Assembly (NCBI GenBank): GCA_963664705.1
Contig: OY761556.1
Coordinates: 4,672,001 to 4,736,000, forward strand
Direction: 5' to 3'
Origin: Acidobacteriota bacterium
GTDB taxonomy: Bacteria; Acidobacteriota; UBA6911
Length of the DNA: 64,000 nucleotides
Part shown: positions 40,018 to 51,765 of the stretch, in pieces
Numbering within the stretch: the first letter of the stretch is position 1
Layout of the letters: each line of letters begins with the position of its first letter
Made by a program: the position numbers and the translations under genes
Notes under the pieces: model-generated
Told to the model about the DNA's origin: nothing
The model's input: the letters and a program-made list of their open reading frames with translations, nothing else
The model's database searches: none

Positions 40018-40602
40018 CTATCTTCCCTGGCATTGGATATTGTCCATTAGAGCCTTGCCGGCAAGCGAGAGATACCGGATACCACTTTCCTCCAGGATCC
40101 TGCTGAGCGGCTGGGCAATTGTCGAAAGGTGTCGCTGGATGAAGTTTTGGGACGCTTCGCAGGTCGTTTCAGCGTGCTCGGAATCGTCGCAGGCCAGAGC
40201 GTATGCCTCTTTGAGACGAAGGTATCCAATGAAACCTGCTTCTACGGACACATGATCGCATGCCTCGCGCGTTGCGGGGTCGTAGCCAAAGACCTTATAG
40301 TATCCGGCCAGTTCGGATATCAGGCTGCCCAATTCCACTCCCTTATGATAGCTCGCCTCGCGTGGAGATGCCGGGCCACCCGGACCAAACAGCGAGTGAT
40401 AAGAGGACGCAGAGGCTTCGGCCTGCGCAGCCTCCGTGGCGGATTTCAGATCAGCGTCCGGGACAAGGGAAGAAAGCGCCAGCAGACGCTCGTTCCATCC
40501 TTCGCCCGGTGATTCAAACAGCAGGCTGATCAGCCGCCATCGGGCGGAGTCCATAATCATTTCCTGCTGTCTGCTGTTGAAGGAATGTAATTGTGTGCTC
40601 AT
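40018..40602 (-). CDS. TorD/DmsD/NarJ-family molybdoenzyme chaperone
   Basis: EACDHVSVEAGF motif, FIQRHL; ATGA-coupled to the gamma subunit. Confidence 0.88.
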   Translation of the reverse strand: MSTQLHSFNSRQQEMIMDSARWRLISLLFESPGEGWNERLLALSSLVPDADLKSATEAAQAEASASSYHSLFGPGGPASPREASYHKGVELGSLISELAGYYKVFGYDPATREACDHVSVEAGFIGYLRLKEAYALACDDSEHAETTCEASQNFIQRHLSTIAQPLSRILEESGIRYLSLAGKALMDNIQCQGR

Positions 40603-41465
40603 TGCTGTTTTTGCCTCAACAACGGAATCCATCCCGTCCGCATTTTTCTGGAACCGATTTCCCCCTGGGAGCCTTCCCATACGGCAAACGCTGCCTGGGT
40701 TCGTAAACCGGGGCCAAGCCCCGACGGCAGACTGCGATTGATTACAACCTTCCACCCGTCCGTTGTCCTGATCCCTTTTCCCGCGGACCCGGCACGGACC
40801 TCAGGCTTCAATGTACCAGGCCCTTCCGCGAGGAGGTCTTCCACCGGCGTTTCCCTCGGCCCGTTTCGCATGTTCCCTGCCGCCCGCGCCGGCGCATAGC
40901 GCATTGCCATTTCCTTTTGGCTTGCGGAGCCTGCCCCCAGAGGCTGTGCCTGGAATGGATAGTGATCGACGGCAGCGTTGGGATATAAATCCCTGATGCT
41001 GTTGCCTCTTCCATCAACCCAGGCCTGCCAGTCCGCTCGCCAGAGGGTGAGTTCCACCGGACGGTTCGCCTCGCCCATCTGTGGTGACGGCGGTTCCTTT
41101 GCGATCGTTTTGGGAAGTTGTACCGCGCAGCCGTCGACGGAAACTCCAGGCCCTGGAGCATCATCTTTTCGCGGATCCAGCCATTGCAGCCGGAATGCTA
41201 TTCGGCTTCCATCTGTCATGGCTCGCACTCTGACTTCGCGGGTTGAAGCCTTCATCAGGCGTGGATCTGCAACATCCTGCAGAAGCAGACCTGCCGCGTA
41301 TTCGGGAAGCTGATCCCAGATTGGATCTCCGGGATCCGTCGAAAGAGCAGAGGCCGGAACCGCCACGACTTCGGTGGCCGCGGGCGGCACCGTGCGGCAA
41401 CCGGCGACGGTCAACAACACCGCCAGAACGGCAAGCGCGAGGCAACTGCGGAATACATGCCGCAT
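40599..41465 (-). CDS. Ethylbenzene-dehydrogenase-gamma/NxrC-like heme b subunit, predicted lipoprotein
   Basis: Lipobox TVAGC; FRLQWLD, DGCAVQ, QMG and AVWEG...RK motifs (candidate Met/Lys heme b ligands). Confidence 0.82.
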   Translation of the reverse strand: MRHVFRSCLALAVLAVLLTVAGCRTVPPAATEVVAVPASALSTDPGDPIWDQLPEYAAGLLLQDVADPRLMKASTREVRVRAMTDGSRIAFRLQWLDPRKDDAPGPGVSVDGCAVQLPKTIAKEPPSPQMGEANRPVELTLWRADWQAWVDGRGNSIRDLYPNAAVDHYPFQAQPLGAGSASQKEMAMRYAPARAAGNMRNGPRETPVEDLLAEGPGTLKPEVRAGSAGKGIRTTDGWKVVINRSLPSGLGPGLRTQAAFAVWEGSQGEIGSRKMRTGWIPLLRQKQQ

Positions 41466-41475
41466 GAAATCCTCC

Positions 41476-42603
41476 TTAAGGACAATTGGTGCGAATAATC
41501 TGATATTTCGAGTCATATGCGGCGCGAATGTGCACGGGTTCCGTTAGCGGTACGCGGACGAGTGCTGCGCCCTTTTCATCCATGCCCGTTACGGTCTCGC
41601 CTTGCCGGGCCCATCGATGAATGATGCTTTCGGTGGAACCAAAGAGGCAGAGCAGTCCTGCAAGGTCCGCGTCCTTAGCGGCGGATCGATATGTCTTTCG
41701 TGCCGCGTCCACCCCCGGACCGAACATCTGCTTCAGAAACGGCATAGACACATGCAGTGGCGGGATGTAATAGATGTTCGGCTCCAGGCCAAATTGCGGG
41801 AAGAGCGGAAGCGCAACCTTGCGAATGTGTACCAGGTAGTCGATGGGGTTGTCGGCACGCGCTTTCCCCGGCTCCGAAATGAACCCGGACATTCGGATCT
41901 TCCCGATGCAATTTACAAAACACTGCGGCTGGAGGCCCTGTTCCCGTTTCGGGTAGCATGCAATACATTTTTCTCCGGTGCCGGTCATCGGGTTGAAAAA
42001 CGATTTTTTGTAGGGACAGGCCCTCAGGCATTCCTGGTATCCGCGGCATCGCCCCTGATCCAGCAACACGATTCCGTCTTCAGGGCGTTTATAAATCGAG
42101 CCGCGCGGACAGCCGGCCAGGCAGGCCGGGTAGGTGCAGTGATTGCAGATGCGCGCCAGATAAAAGAACCAGTTCATGTGCGGCAGTGAAAAGGCAGCGC
42201 CTTTATCCACCTGGCCCGTGCAATCATCTTCGCCTGTGTTGGGATAGGCATAATCATCCGACGTCGGTTTCCATCCGAGGATCCGCTCCCCTGCGGGCGC
42301 CGCTTCAAAAATCGTCTGGCCTTCGTACCGGCTTCCCTGCCACTTCTGACTGCCCAGCGATTCAAGCAGTTTCACGTCCCACGCCAGCGGATAGCTGCCG
42401 TACGGCTTGCTTTCAACGTTGTTCCAGAGCATGTATTCCTGGCCCACACCGGAGGTCCAGGTCGTCTTGCACGCCAGGGTGCAGGTCTGACACGCGATGC
42501 ATTTGTTAATGTCAAAGATAGCGGCAAACTGCTTTTGAGGACGGCTTTCCGGATACCAGTAAGACATCTGCCTGCCAATCTGCCAATTGTTGACCCGAGC
42601 CAT
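41476..42603 (-). CDS. nxrB: Type II DMSO-reductase beta (FeS) subunit, NxrB/NarH-like
   Basis: [13 protein letters not shown]-terminus typical of periplasmic NxrB; [27 protein letters not shown] and CIAC cluster motifs. Confidence 0.85.
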   Translation of the reverse strand: MARVNNWQIGRQMSYWYPESRPQKQFAAIFDINKCIACQTCTLACKTTWTSGVGQEYMLWNNVESKPYGSYPLAWDVKLLESLGSQKWQGSRYEGQTIFEAAPAGERILGWKPTSDDYAYPNTGEDDCTGQVDKGAAFSLPHMNWFFYLARICNHCTYPACLAGCPRGSIYKRPEDGIVLLDQGRCRGYQECLRACPYKKSFFNPMTGTGEKCIACYPKREQGLQPQCFVNCIGKIRMSGFISEPGKARADNPIDYLVHIRKVALPLFPQFGLEPNIYYIPPLHVSMPFLKQMFGPGVDAARKTYRSAAKDADLAGLLCLFGSTESIIHRWARQGETVTGMDEKGAALVRVPLTEPVHIRAAYDSKYQIIRTNCP

Positions 42604-42605
42604 GG

Positions 42606-45600
42606 TTATTCCTCCTTCGATCCGGTAATAAATTCCCCTGCCAGGTACCGGTTCATTGGCGAGGATTCATAGCGAGGCCGAATGCCGAGAGCTGCAGGCC
42701 GCCAAAGCCCCGTCTTATCAATTCCACCCGCTTCAGCTCGGGTGATTTTGACAATGGCTTCGCGGGGAGCCCCGGTCGGGCAATGCACATCCGGCAGGAA
42801 TCCTTTTCCGATGCCCTGCCCATACACTCCTTTTCTTACAAGTGAATCGGTCATCAGTGTCGGTTTGAGCCAGCCTCTCGTGGGCGACTGATGCGAGCCG
42901 GAGCGGAACATTGCCTGATAATTGGTCCTTGGGTTTTTGGCCAGACCATCCGCACGGTTTTTCTGACCCTCCACAGAGCCGGGCGTCGCACCATACATGT
43001 TGAACCACATGCGCGTGACACCTCGCGGCGTGCCCGGGTAATAGCGGGCGCGGCACAGGAGCCGGGCAAATTCCATATCACGCTTGTTATTCTGCCAGCC
43101 TCGGAAGGGCCGGTCTTCCGGATCGCCGTCAATCCAGACGTAATCGCCATCCTGTACTCCGAGTTCTCTGGCATCGGCCGGGTTGATATCCACATAACCC
43201 TCGGCCACGAAGGGACTGCGCTTGTCGCGTCGATAGACATCGCCAAACGGCCCAAAAAGAACCGCGATCATATCGGTATCGATAGGCGTGGTGTGGGCTC
43301 CGTGGCGAAACTTCGGCGTGTGGAATATGAATCGATATCCTTCCTGAATACGAGGGTGCGCGGATTTGCGCACTTCCTCCCAGGTCATAACCACATTCCT
43401 GCCGCAGCGCGTTTCGCACGAAAGGTCTGTGCGAGCCACGCCATAGGACTCCGGCCCGGCAGGTCGGATCGCTTCATGCCTGGGAGCGACAATCACATTG
43501 GGTTCATAGAAGGTGGAATCGACCGGTTCGCGATGAACAGGCAGGTTCTCGCCTGCCTCGATAAATTCATTTTCCTCCCGGTAAAACTCGAGTCGTCCGC
43601 TTTTGGTGTACCATGGCCGCGAATCCGCAATTTGCTCATACCCGACGGCCTTTGGCGTCGTCCGGCTATTCATCAGCGCGGGCACACCCTCCTTCGCTTT
43701 CGCTTCCAACTCGGCAAATTTGTATCCTTTCGTGTTGGTGGAGTGATCCAGCACGCGCTGGAGATAAACATCCGTGCGGCCTTCGCGAACAAACTTCCAG
43801 TAGTCATTGAAGCGATTGTCTCCGGTCAGCTCGGCCAGTTTCGAACCAACCAAGGCCAGGACCTCGATGTCTCCAATGGTATTGAAGATTCGCTTGAGCG
43901 GCGTTCGCGGAAAAACCTGGAGAAACGGATTCGTTACCGAAGCGGTCATATCGGGATGCTTGAGCTCTGACCATGAATCGACACCAAAGACAATATCCGC
44001 CCACTCGCAGGAGGTAGACCACCACCATTCATTGACCGCAACCATCTCAATGCGGGGAAGAACATTCACAACCGTGTTGTAATGCCATTTGACATTCCCC
44101 AGGATCGAGTTGGCGTTGGCAAACCACAACGACTTCGTAGGCGACGGCACATGTGTCGTCCCGGTGAGCACCTTTTTGCCGACGCGAAGAATGTGGTCCT
44201 CGTGGTTGTAATAGTGTGCGGATTCAGCCTTCCAGAGTTGGCGGGGGCGTGCCGGCTTCTGGGGATCCAATTCAATGTCAAAAGGATTTTCGTTGATGTA
44301 TTGCGGGGAGCCATTGAACAGTGAAACGCGATAATTGCCGGCATACGACCCGACATTCCCGCTGATCTTGCCCACATTCCCCGTAAGTGCAGCCAGTAGA
44401 AATATGTCCCGATCTTTGTTGTCGTTGTTGAAGAACTGATTGGGCCCCATGCCTATGGCAAAGAGCGTGGTCCCCGGCATTTTTGCGACATCGCGCGCAA
44501 GCGATTCCACGGCCTGCGCCGGAGCCCACGTCAGCTCCTCCACCGTTTTGGGGTCGAAATGCGCGGCATATTCACGCACCAGATCGAACACGGGCCGACA
44601 ACGGACCTTTTTTCCATCCGCCAGAGTTACTTCCACGGAACCATCCAGCCGCGCCTCCCCTACACCGGAGTTCTTGCCGACCATATCTCTGGTAAGAGGC
44701 TTGGGGGCACCGGACTTCATATCCCACCATACATAGTCTCCCCACTCGTCCCTGATTTTTTGCGGAACAATCATCTGGTCGTGAGTTTCGGGAGGAGGTT
44801 CTTTCTCTCCGGCTTTTAGTATTTTTGTGCTCTTCAATTCGGCGGAGGTCCCACCGAATACATCCTGAGCCCGCAGGTATTTCAATGTATCCATGCGAAC
44901 AAGAATCGGCAGATCCGTCCAGCGGCGAACATAATCCAGGTCATAGAGCTTCTCTCTCATGATGACGTGGGCAAGGCCGAGCGCGAGTGCCGGAGTGGTG
45001 CCGGGCCGAACGACAATCACATCGTCTCCCTTGCTCGCTGTAGCCGAGTATTCACAGGCAATAACCACAACCCGGACTCCCTTGAGCCGTGACTCCGTAA
45101 GCCAGTGGGCATCCGGCATTTTGGTGGCAATCCAGTTCATCCCCCATACCACAAGAGTCTTGCAGTGCTCTACCGCCGAAAGATCGAATTCAACCGTCTG
45201 CTGCCCGGTAACCATCGGGTGTCCCGGAGGCAAATCCGTATGCCAGGAATAATTGTCAAATCCCTTGCCCCCCTGTGCCGCGTCGGGACCGACCTTTCGA
45301 ATGTGCTCATCGAGCAGCGCGATTGAATTTGCCATTCGATACATGCCAAATACGCGGGTGATGCCCAGCAGAGGCATGCCGCCGCGGAATTTGAGCGCCT
45401 GTGTCCCAGCCCCTTTCATTGCGTCAATAGTCAGTTCATCGTAGTGCTGTGCTTTGAGTCTCCGCCTGCCTTCCTCCCCGCTGTAAGTCTGAGCAATGTT
45501 TTTGAGAGCAGCGGCCGCGATTTTGGCGGCTTCATCATGCGAGATCCGCACCCACTGATCCCGGCCGCGATTGAAGTATTTGCGCAACGGGAGCCCATCG

Positions 45601-46049
45601 CTTTCACGAGGAAACCCATCCTTGTACCATTGCTGGAATCCCGTGCGAACCATGCACTGGTTGACTCGGCGATCTCCATAGAACCTGCGCGTAAGAGCCA
45701 ACCCCTTTTGGCAGACACGCGGATCCCATCGGTTCGTAGTACGGTTTCCGGCAAGGTCGGTGGCCTCACCGTAGCGCATGGTCGGTCCAATACGGGTGAT
45801 AATCCCTTCGCGCACATAAGCATTGAGGATGCAGTTGTGTGTGTCATTGGGCGCGCACAGGAAAGTAAACTTCGAATCATATTTCCAAAGGTCCCGATAT
45901 ACGCGCTCCCAGCCGCGATCCGGATAGGAAGCCAGCGGGTTGGTGACGTTCTCGAGACCCCATGCCTCGCTGGCGGCGCTGACCAGTGCACCAAAGCCCA
46001 TGGCGGAAATCATCTCCAGGAATTCACGTCGCGGGATTTCACTTTTCAT
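42606..46049 (-). CDS. nxrA: Periplasmic nitrite oxidoreductase/nitrate reductase alpha subunit (Mo-bisPGD, type II DMSO-reductase family)
   Basis: Tat motif PRREFL; [15 protein letters not shown]; FS0 motif CAPNDTHNC...C; Mo-ligand region WHTDLPPG; 1147 aa. Reaction direction cannot be read from sequence. Confidence 0.85.
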   Translation of the reverse strand: MKSEIPRREFLEMISAMGFGALVSAASEAWGLENVTNPLASYPDRGWERVYRDLWKYDSKFTFLCAPNDTHNCILNAYVREGIITRIGPTMRYGEATDLAGNRTTNRWDPRVCQKGLALTRRFYGDRRVNQCMVRTGFQQWYKDGFPRESDGLPLRKYFNRGRDQWVRISHDEAAKIAAAALKNIAQTYSGEEGRRRLKAQHYDELTIDAMKGAGTQALKFRGGMPLLGITRVFGMYRMANSIALLDEHIRKVGPDAAQGGKGFDNYSWHTDLPPGHPMVTGQQTVEFDLSAVEHCKTLVVWGMNWIATKMPDAHWLTESRLKGVRVVVIACEYSATASKGDDVIVVRPGTTPALALGLAHVIMREKLYDLDYVRRWTDLPILVRMDTLKYLRAQDVFGGTSAELKSTKILKAGEKEPPPETHDQMIVPQKIRDEWGDYVWWDMKSGAPKPLTRDMVGKNSGVGEARLDGSVEVTLADGKKVRCRPVFDLVREYAAHFDPKTVEELTWAPAQAVESLARDVAKMPGTTLFAIGMGPNQFFNNDNKDRDIFLLAALTGNVGKISGNVGSYAGNYRVSLFNGSPQYINENPFDIELDPQKPARPRQLWKAESAHYYNHEDHILRVGKKVLTGTTHVPSPTKSLWFANANSILGNVKWHYNTVVNVLPRIEMVAVNEWWWSTSCEWADIVFGVDSWSELKHPDMTASVTNPFLQVFPRTPLKRIFNTIGDIEVLALVGSKLAELTGDNRFNDYWKFVREGRTDVYLQRVLDHSTNTKGYKFAELEAKAKEGVPALMNSRTTPKAVGYEQIADSRPWYTKSGRLEFYREENEFIEAGENLPVHREPVDSTFYEPNVIVAPRHEAIRPAGPESYGVARTDLSCETRCGRNVVMTWEEVRKSAHPRIQEGYRFIFHTPKFRHGAHTTPIDTDMIAVLFGPFGDVYRRDKRSPFVAEGYVDINPADARELGVQDGDYVWIDGDPEDRPFRGWQNNKRDMEFARLLCRARYYPGTPRGVTRMWFNMYGATPGSVEGQKNRADGLAKNPRTNYQAMFRSGSHQSPTRGWLKPTLMTDSLVRKGVYGQGIGKGFLPDVHCPTGAPREAIVKITRAEAGGIDKTGLWRPAALGIRPRYESSPMNRYLAGEFITGSKEE

Positions 46050-47701
46050 TTGCTTCCTCCTGCCCAGGAACGGATGTAGGCAACGATTGTTTCGATTTCA
46101 GATGGCGCCAGAGTCATCCTGGCCGGAGAGGGATTCAAAAATCCTTCCATGCTTGTTCCGCGTCGTCCTTTGCTGATGGTTTCAACCAGGTAGGTGTCGG
46201 TTGCATTGGTCAGAAGAACTGAATTATTCAGCGCAGGGCCTTCGCCCCCTTTCCCATCCTTGCCATGACATAAGGAACACGCTGAAATGAAGAGGCGCTG
46301 GCCGGCCGCGGCATCGCCGACAGCCCAGCGCGGCGGTTTTGGATCAGGTCGTATCTCTCCGCCACCTATTTGCCGCAGGTAATGAATGGCCTGAAAAATC
46401 TCTTCCTGTCTCAACCCTCCGTCTTTCTTTCCCCACGCCGGCATTTTCCTGCCGGGACGCCCCTGGGTTACGGTCTCGGTCAGAAACCCGTCCGACACAA
46501 GCGGCAGAAAATCGGGACTTCCAATGGCCGGAAACGTCTGACGGCCGGGAGCCCGTCTCCCCTGCCCGCGGTTGCCGTGGCAGCCGGCGCAGAATGCACC
46601 AAAAACGGTGAGGCCATCCGAAGCAAATTCTCTCTCTCCGAATTTCTCAATCCTGAGTCGGTCTTTTGGCAGGTAGGACCCGGGAAGCTCGCGCCGCCTC
46701 AAGCTGAGCGTATACAGGGTGAGCAGTTCTAAATCCTCATCCGCAATCGCGACCTGCGGCATCAACGACCCGGCAACAACAGCCGCCGGGGACTGAAAGT
46801 GATTTACGAACCAATTCTCAAGCGAATGTTTGCCTTGTACATTGGCAAAAGCTACCTGTCCCGGATCCTTTTCTCCGACTCGAGTGAGGTCGGGGCCCTC
46901 ATCTCCTCCTGTCCCGCTGACTTTGTGGCAACCCAGGCAGCCGCTCGATAGGAACAGCGCTTTTGCTTCCATCAGCCTGGGCGCGCCCATTTGTGCGGCG
47001 AGGTAAACGGAAACCAGGGAGAGGTCCCGGGCATCGATTGGCGCAAAGGCGGTATGCCACGGACCGGATGCAGCGCCGGCAGATTTTTCGAGGTGTTTTC
47101 GATACCAGTCTTTGTCGTATCCGGAAATGGCCGTACGCGAAAGATCCGGTCCTTCCATGCCAAAGCCATCGGGCCGAAGAACGCCTCCCCGCGAATCTAC
47201 TCGATGACAGGCAAGGCAATCCAGCCGTTCAAACGCGCCTCTTGCCTCCCTGAATAATTCACGATTCGGGATGCCTGGAATCGCGTGACAGGTACCGCAT
47301 CCGGCCTGGCTGAGATTCCTGGGAATCATCGGCTCAGGCCAGAAGTGCACTTCACCATGGGCATCGAGCTTCTCGGTTGCAGCACCCTGTCCCCCATGGC
47401 AAATCGTGCAGCCGAAATCCGCCGGGTCATGGACAACCGCTTTGTGAGATGCCAGAACCCCATTCCCACGAATCCCCTGTTCACTGGGATCCATGCCCAC
47501 ATGACAGGAAATGCATCGGTCGCTTGTCCGGAGTCCCTGGCTGACCACCTGGCGAATACGAACCTTTATGGGGCCGTCCTCAGACGAAGTCGCTCGTTGG
47601 ATCCCGCACCACTCCATGAAGATATCCTGTGTTGCCGCAACAACCAGCAGCAGCAGGACTCCAACACTCGAAAAGAGCAGCAGGTATTTGTTCTTGTTCA
47701 T
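46046..47701 (-). CDS. Membrane-anchored heptaheme c-type cytochrome (c subunit of the Rieske/cyt b complex)
   Basis: N-terminal TM; 7 CxxCH; GPDL and MP motifs of class I c domains; its stop overlaps the nxrA start. Confidence 0.9.
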   Translation of the reverse strand: MNKNKYLLLFSSVGVLLLLVVAATQDIFMEWCGIQRATSSEDGPIKVRIRQVVSQGLRTSDRCISCHVGMDPSEQGIRGNGVLASHKAVVHDPADFGCTICHGGQGAATEKLDAHGEVHFWPEPMIPRNLSQAGCGTCHAIPGIPNRELFREARGAFERLDCLACHRVDSRGGVLRPDGFGMEGPDLSRTAISGYDKDWYRKHLEKSAGAASGPWHTAFAPIDARDLSLVSVYLAAQMGAPRLMEAKALFLSSGCLGCHKVSGTGGDEGPDLTRVGEKDPGQVAFANVQGKHSLENWFVNHFQSPAAVVAGSLMPQVAIADEDLELLTLYTLSLRRRELPGSYLPKDRLRIEKFGEREFASDGLTVFGAFCAGCHGNRGQGRRAPGRQTFPAIGSPDFLPLVSDGFLTETVTQGRPGRKMPAWGKKDGGLRQEEIFQAIHYLRQIGGGEIRPDPKPPRWAVGDAAAGQRLFISACSLCHGKDGKGGEGPALNNSVLLTNATDTYLVETISKGRRGTSMEGFLNPSPARMTLAPSEIETIVAYIRSWAGGSK

Positions 47702-47708
47702 GGCAGTC

Positions 47709-49262
47709 TCAGTGAGTGGGCCATTGAGATGGAGACCAGTAAAAAACCCAATTCGGTCCACGGAAGTAAGTGCCGATCAGGGTCAACACCAGGAATCCGC
47801 AGAGAAAACAGGTAAACAGGCCGAGTGCGCCGGCTCGGGTAGATTGAAAGCGCCTTATAAGCCAAATGGAATAAAGCGCATACAGCAGCGTGAGAACGGA
47901 CCCCGGGTTGAGGAATGTTATCAACAGCTGGGGAGCATGGGAAAACCACTCACGGATCCAGCCAAACCGGATGGCAATGGCCTCGATTCCGATGGCAAGC
48001 GCCAGCCCATAGGCGACAGAACCCAGCACCAGCCTCGCTCCATTGGGTCCGGCAAACCATTGGCCAGTGCCATCCTGCTCCCGCTCCAGAAATGGAATAA
48101 GCCCAAGGCCAAGCAATACGATCGCCGGGATGCCGAATCCCCCCATAAAGGCAGAGAAGGAAACCATCTCCTGAAGGCCAAGGAAATACCACGGTGCCTT
48201 GGCGGGATTTTCGGGAACTGCAGGGTTCGCCATTTCCTTGAGAGGAGCATCCCATACAATGGACAGAGCGAGACAGAGAAAGACCGTTAGCATCAGCACC
48301 GCCAGTTCCGCATAAAAAACATGAGGCATGGCAGGGATTGTGTTTTCAGGCCCATTTCCTACAGCCGGAGTGCGACCGCGGACAATAGCCGCCAGGTGGT
48401 AGGTTCGGCTGGGTGCTTCCGAAAAGACGGGATAGGTGCCTTCAGGCAACGGACCTAATCTTTGATCCGCATCCGCGGGGCGTGCCAACCCTCCATCTTT
48501 TCGAATGCGCCAGAAGTGAACTCCCATTAGAGCCGCAAGTGCCAGGGGAAGAATCATCACATGAAGCAGGTAAAAGCGAATGAGCGCGACCGGACCCACC
48601 ACATCCGAGCCCAAAAGCAGAAGACGCTGCATCTCGCCTGGATCAAACCATCCGGTAATTCCCAAGGCGTCCGTGACTTCTCTTGGGGACTGGGCAATAT
48701 TGGTGCCGATCGTAATTGCCCAATAAGCCAATTGGTCCCAGGGAAGCAGATATCCCGTGAACGACAATGCCAGCGTCACGACCAGCAGTCCCATGCCAAT
48801 CAGCCAGTTGAATTCCCTTGGCTTCCGATATGCCGCGGTAAAAAAGGTCCGAGCCATGTGGAGCAGTACCGCAATGACCATAATGTTCGCGGACCAGCGG
48901 TGAAGATTTCTTATGAATCTCCCGGTCGGCACAATGAAGTGGATGTCCTTGATCGACTGGTATGCAGCATCTGGGTAGGGCTTGTAGTAAAACATCAGAA
49001 GCACACCGGTCACAAACGCAATCAGGAAGGCGGCAGTACTGGCAATTCCGAATCCCAAAGTGGTGGTCCATCGGAGAGTCCACCGATGAACTCGCGTAGA
49101 GTGCAAATGCAGGAAGAGATTGCCAAATATGAAACTGGACCTGGTCCGGTCGGTAACAGGCTTTCCGCTTCGGAAGGCTGCCTCGATGATGCGCCGCGGC
49201 GTGGCCTTGAGATTATTCCAGATTTCGCTGAGGGCATTTACTGGCGGAGAGGTGGCGTTCAT
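47709..49262 (-). CDS. Cytochrome b of a Rieske/cyt b complex (b6 and subunit IV fused)
   Basis: [24 protein letters not shown] and VHF heme ligands; APWYF at the PEWY position. Confidence 0.93.
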   Translation of the reverse strand: MNATSPPVNALSEIWNNLKATPRRIIEAAFRSGKPVTDRTRSSFIFGNLFLHLHSTRVHRWTLRWTTTLGFGIASTAAFLIAFVTGVLLMFYYKPYPDAAYQSIKDIHFIVPTGRFIRNLHRWSANIMVIAVLLHMARTFFTAAYRKPREFNWLIGMGLLVVTLALSFTGYLLPWDQLAYWAITIGTNIAQSPREVTDALGITGWFDPGEMQRLLLLGSDVVGPVALIRFYLLHVMILPLALAALMGVHFWRIRKDGGLARPADADQRLGPLPEGTYPVFSEAPSRTYHLAAIVRGRTPAVGNGPENTIPAMPHVFYAELAVLMLTVFLCLALSIVWDAPLKEMANPAVPENPAKAPWYFLGLQEMVSFSAFMGGFGIPAIVLLGLGLIPFLEREQDGTGQWFAGPNGARLVLGSVAYGLALAIGIEAIAIRFGWIREWFSHAPQLLITFLNPGSVLTLLYALYSIWLIRRFQSTRAGALGLFTCFLCGFLVLTLIGTYFRGPNWVFYWSPSQWPTH

Positions 49263-49744
49263 AGCAGCACCTTCGTTCCGGCGGGAACGGTGGCGCCCTG
49301 ATCAACCAGCACTTTTCCCCCGGCCGCACTCACTTTGAGCCATGCCAGCGGTTTCGGCGCCGGACCTTTGGTCACGGATCCATCCGCAGCAAAACGAGAA
49401 CCGTGGCACGGACATTCAAATCCTTCTGCATTAATTTTTACAATGCAGCCAAGATGAGTACAGACCGTGGTGACAGCCCACGTCCCTTCCGAATCGCGGA
49501 ACAGCGCCACGGAGCGTCCCGGCGGCGAAAACGCCTGACCCGGCTGCAGCGCGTCGGGAAGGGCTACGCTGAATCGCTTGGAGGGAGCGGACAATATTGC
49601 GGCTTTGGGCAGACGTGCCATACCCAGGATGGCGAGGAAAAATGCTGTCCCCGCCGCCCAAAGAGACATGAGTCCAAGCATATCTCTTCTCGGTATTGGT
49701 TCCGGATCCAGACGTGAGTGGGCGGCTTTCGGTGTGGTGGTCAT
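49259..49744 (-). CDS. Rieske [2Fe-2S] protein
   Basis: Tat-like PRRDML plus TM; CTHLGC and CPCHGSRF boxes; 4-nt overlaps with both neighbours. Confidence 0.94.
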   Translation of the reverse strand: MTTTPKAAHSRLDPEPIPRRDMLGLMSLWAAGTAFFLAILGMARLPKAAILSAPSKRFSVALPDALQPGQAFSPPGRSVALFRDSEGTWAVTTVCTHLGCIVKINAEGFECPCHGSRFAADGSVTKGPAPKPLAWLKVSAAGGKVLVDQGATVPAGTKVLL

Positions 49745-51654
49745 GCGGACCTCCAATGAGCGGAAAAAACAACGCGTTCCATCGTAATCGCTTGTACCGG
49801 GCAACGGGCGACGCACAGCGCACACCGAATGCAGCGGTCTTCATCCTTCAGAATTGCGGAATTCTGCGAACGATCGGCATCAGGGCCTAGCAGGCTCTCC
49901 GTCATGGCATCCAGTTCGCTATCGTCGGAGAGCTGATCCATCGGCGTCAGCTTAAGGCACTGTGTTGGACAAACTTCCGCGCAGCCTCCGCAGAGCACAC
50001 ATCGGCTTCCATCAAACACAGGGGTCACGCCGCAATCAAGGCACCGGGAGGCCTCTTTGACAGCCTGCGGCTGCGTGTATCCCGTCTCCACAACAGTATC
50101 GGGGTGCATCATTCTTGCTTCCGGCAGGGCGATGGGAACAGGAGTGCGGCGCAGCGATTCATAGCCGTATTCACGCCGATAGCCTTCCTGAACAACGTGG
50201 CGGGTCAGGATTTCCGAATATAGCCTTCGTCCTGTGACATATTCATAGACAGAGCGGGCTGCAGCTTTCCCGGAAGCGACAGCATCGATCAACAATCGTG
50301 TCCCGTGTGCCAGATCACCGGCAACGAAAACACCCGGCGCGGTCGTAGCCAGGGTCGAGGGATTGATCCTGGGCCAACCGGGCCGATCCATCCCGACATC
50401 CGCACCTCCGTCATCGAGGAAAGACAGCATCGGTGTTTGGCCCACTGCAAGCAGCACCGTATCGCAGGAAATCGTTGCACGCTGGCTGTCGTCAAATACA
50501 GGGCTGAAGCGATGCTCGCTGTCGTACACTCTGACACACTTGCGAAAGACTACACCGGTCGGCAAGCCGGATTCGTTACGCTGAATCTCAACCGGTCCCC
50601 AACCATTCAAGCGCTCGATTCCCTCTTCATCTCCTTCAAGAATTTCAGCCGTATCGGCCGGCATTTCCTCCAGACCTTCAAGAGAAACCAGCCGGACTAA
50701 AGCCGTGGAGGCGAACCGCGCCGCGGTTCGTGCCGTATCGTACGCAATCTGTCGAAGAACGGTCCGGGCAACATCATAGGCAACGTTGCCGCCTCCGATC
50801 ACGACAACCTCTCTGCCGATCTCAAACGGAAGGTCCAAAGCCACGGCTCTTAAAAGATCTACGCCTCCAAACACGCCCGGCCCATGTTCTCCCGGAAGTC
50901 CAAGCCCACGCGATGACTTGGCACCAACCGCGATGATGACTGCCGAAAAATCTCTGCGTAAATCAGCAAAGCGGATATCGCTCCCAACTGTAATGCCGCA
51001 TCGGATGTCGACGCCCAAAGCCCGGATAACATCCACTTCCCGGGCTATCACAGCCGGAGGGAGGCGATAGCCGGGAACTCCCAACGCGAGCATGCCCGCA
51101 GGAATTCTTTCAGTTTCAAAAACGATCGGCCTGAAATTCAGCAGGGCCAGATCATGGGCTGCAGAAAGTCCGGCCGGTCCCGCCCCGATGATTGCTATCT
51201 TCTCGCCTGAGCCCGGTTTGATTTTCCCATCCAGGCCGGCCCGCAGCAGGCTCGCCATCTCTTCAGCATCGCCACAGACCGGAATCCCATGGAGTTGCGT
51301 CTGCCGCAGAACATCTTCACGAGACCCAGCCTTCATTCCAGCATGAGAACATGCAAAGCCTTTTAGTGCGCGGATCGAGAGGGGCCGATCGTTGGCCACA
51401 AAATGTCCGTCATCGTCGACACGCGGCACCTGTCCGCGACGGCAAGCCGCTTCGCAGGGCGCACCGCAAATCCGCCCGCAAATCGAGGCAAATGGATTCG
51501 GACCGCGCGCAATCCAATAGGCCTCCTCAATCCGTCCTTCGGCAATGGCGCGTACATAGCCCCGCGCATCCGTATGAACCGGGCATGCCACCTGGCAGGA
51601 AATCAGATCCCGATGATAGTTGTCTCCTGGAAGATGCGCCTTTAGTTTGGGCAT
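49741..51654 (-). CDS. Cytoplasmic FAD/[4Fe-4S] NAD(P)H oxidoreductase (GltD/NfnB/DsrL-like architecture)
   Basis: N-terminal CQVACP and [13 protein letters not shown] clusters; GAGPAG and GGGNVA dinucleotide motifs; C-terminal [12 protein letters not shown] and [12 protein letters not shown] ferredoxin pair; no signal peptide. Confidence 0.9.
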   Translation of the reverse strand: MPKLKAHLPGDNYHRDLISCQVACPVHTDARGYVRAIAEGRIEEAYWIARGPNPFASICGRICGAPCEAACRRGQVPRVDDDGHFVANDRPLSIRALKGFACSHAGMKAGSREDVLRQTQLHGIPVCGDAEEMASLLRAGLDGKIKPGSGEKIAIIGAGPAGLSAAHDLALLNFRPIVFETERIPAGMLALGVPGYRLPPAVIAREVDVIRALGVDIRCGITVGSDIRFADLRRDFSAVIIAVGAKSSRGLGLPGEHGPGVFGGVDLLRAVALDLPFEIGREVVVIGGGNVAYDVARTVLRQIAYDTARTAARFASTALVRLVSLEGLEEMPADTAEILEGDEEGIERLNGWGPVEIQRNESGLPTGVVFRKCVRVYDSEHRFSPVFDDSQRATISCDTVLLAVGQTPMLSFLDDGGADVGMDRPGWPRINPSTLATTAPGVFVAGDLAHGTRLLIDAVASGKAAARSVYEYVTGRRLYSEILTRHVVQEGYRREYGYESLRRTPVPIALPEARMMHPDTVVETGYTQPQAVKEASRCLDCGVTPVFDGSRCVLCGGCAEVCPTQCLKLTPMDQLSDDSELDAMTESLLGPDADRSQNSAILKDEDRCIRCALCVARCPVQAITMERVVFSAHWRSA

Positions 51655-51765
51655 TTTGGCGGAGCTCCAGGGCTTACCCTGATACGAAATAGCAGCATGC
51701 AAAACCGGTCCGGCATTTGTCTTGCTCCTTGGCTTTTTGCAGGATGTTTCAGCCAGTGTGACGGA

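Noticed and set aside
51710-51726. Sigma54-like GG-N10-GC motif (CCGGCATTTGTCTTGCT) on the plus strand
   Set aside because: It points away from the adjacent operon and lies about 380 bp from the next plus-strand gene; it could be a chance match.
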